Shown here in pieces: positions 63,249 through 64,000 of a stretch of DNA of 64,000 nt (position 1 is the stretch's first letter; each line of letters opens with the position of its first letter). Both the position numbers and the translations under genes were made by a program. The notes below the pieces were generated by a model. That model was not told where the DNA came from, ran no database searches, and saw only the letters and a list, made by a program, of their open reading frames with translations. The stretch comes from a virus (Duplodnaviria > Caudoviricetes): the IMG/VR virus record IMGVR_UViG_3300042268_000564; one strand, written 5' to 3'.

Positions 63249-63632
63249 ATGGATATAGAGTTAATAAAAAATCATCCAGAGAAATATCGTTTAATTGCGA
63301 TGGCTTATGCTATTGTCGATAGATTCTTGCTGGAATTAGATGAGCTTTTTGATGGACTGGCAAGGTATGCTTTGCCAAAAAAAGTTTTGTCTTATCTCAT
63401 GTCAAAAGATGGGCAGCAAGCTGTAAATGATAGATATAACTTTGTTGTCACTGAACGTTCAAAAATGCTACAGATTACAAGCGAAGATGATTATTTGATT
63501 TGGATATTAGCTGGCAAGCCTCAATATGGCGAGGAAATTGACATTACCCTATTGCATACGAGCTTTGTGGCTTACACTGTGCAAGCTTTATTGATTCACG
63601 AAAGACGAGAAGAATATCATGGATACATCTAA
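63249..63632 (+). CDS. Hypothetical protein
   Basis: 127 aa. Confidence 0.7.
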   Translation: MDIELIKNHPEKYRLIAMAYAIVDRFLLELDELFDGLARYALPKKVLSYLMSKDGQQAVNDRYNFVVTERSKMLQITSEDDYLIWILAGKPQYGEEIDITLLHTSFVAYTVQALLIHERREEYHGYI

Positions 63633-64000
63633 TCCTTGCTCAGAGGTGTTTCTTGATACGGAGCCGACATTTTCAACAGCTTTTCATGTTTCGGTTGCGA
63701 ATGTTTCCGATGCAGTTATGTTCATATTCGACAATGATTTGCTCGACATCGCCACAGCAGTAGCCTTATTTTATGCCGCTGAAGATGTAATTAATTGGGA
63801 TAAAAGACGAGATATTGACAAGATTCTCTCTATCATGGACGAAACAAACAAAGACTTCCAAGAATGGCGCAATGACGGCATGACAGCCTTAGAGGCAACA
63901 TATTATGCCGTATTTAAGGAATATCGAATTGTAAGCATGTTGCCACTTGATTACATCAAAGCTATACTGGATTTGAACCATCGTCATGCAGCATTTGGAC
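63619..64000 (+). CDS. Hypothetical protein (runs off window)
   Basis: Open frame from ATG 63619 (MDTSNPCSEV...) to the end of the window. Confidence 0.6.
   Translation, partial: MDTSNPCSEVFLDTEPTFSTAFHVSVANVSDAVMFIFDNDLLDIATAVALFYAAEDVINWDKRRDIDKILSIMDETNKDFQEWRNDGMTALEATYYAVFKEYRIVSMLPLDYIKAILDLNHRHAAFG

Noticed and set aside
1-64000. Stop-codon reassignment
   Set aside because: Conserved genes are full length in the standard code and end with TAA, TAG and TGA.

Overview
AT-rich, gene-dense fragment that reads as part of a large (jumbo-type) bacteriophage genome in the standard genetic code. It encodes rIIA/rIIB, a DinG-family helicase, a DnaX clamp-loader subunit, trigger factor, a HIRAN protein, Tpt1/KptA, thioredoxin, Hsp20, an M23 peptidase, an intein-split RlmN/Cfr-like radical SAM enzyme, two TnpB genes, nine orphan DNA-modification enzymes (N4/N6 methyltransferases, phage Dam-like, Mom-like) and many small hypothetical genes. 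Main unexplained signals: (1) otherwise dissimilar DNA-modification enzymes all end in the same peptide E-hydrophobic-D-M-F-[D/E], which resembles a sliding-clamp-binding motif; the same motif is encoded alone as a 14-aa micro-ORF and occurs inside the helicase, and a related tail marks about ten unknown proteins; (2) a ~0.9 kb highly structured non-coding RNA with its own promoter and terminator; (3) a ~185 nt 6S-like hairpin RNA; (4) a promoter family TTGACA-N16-TATAAT, many members of which appear to make leaderless mRNAs, in a genome that also encodes a stand-alone IF2 N-terminal-like protein. No tRNA, rRNA or CRISPR array was seen. All family calls come from reading motifs by eye, not from database searches.
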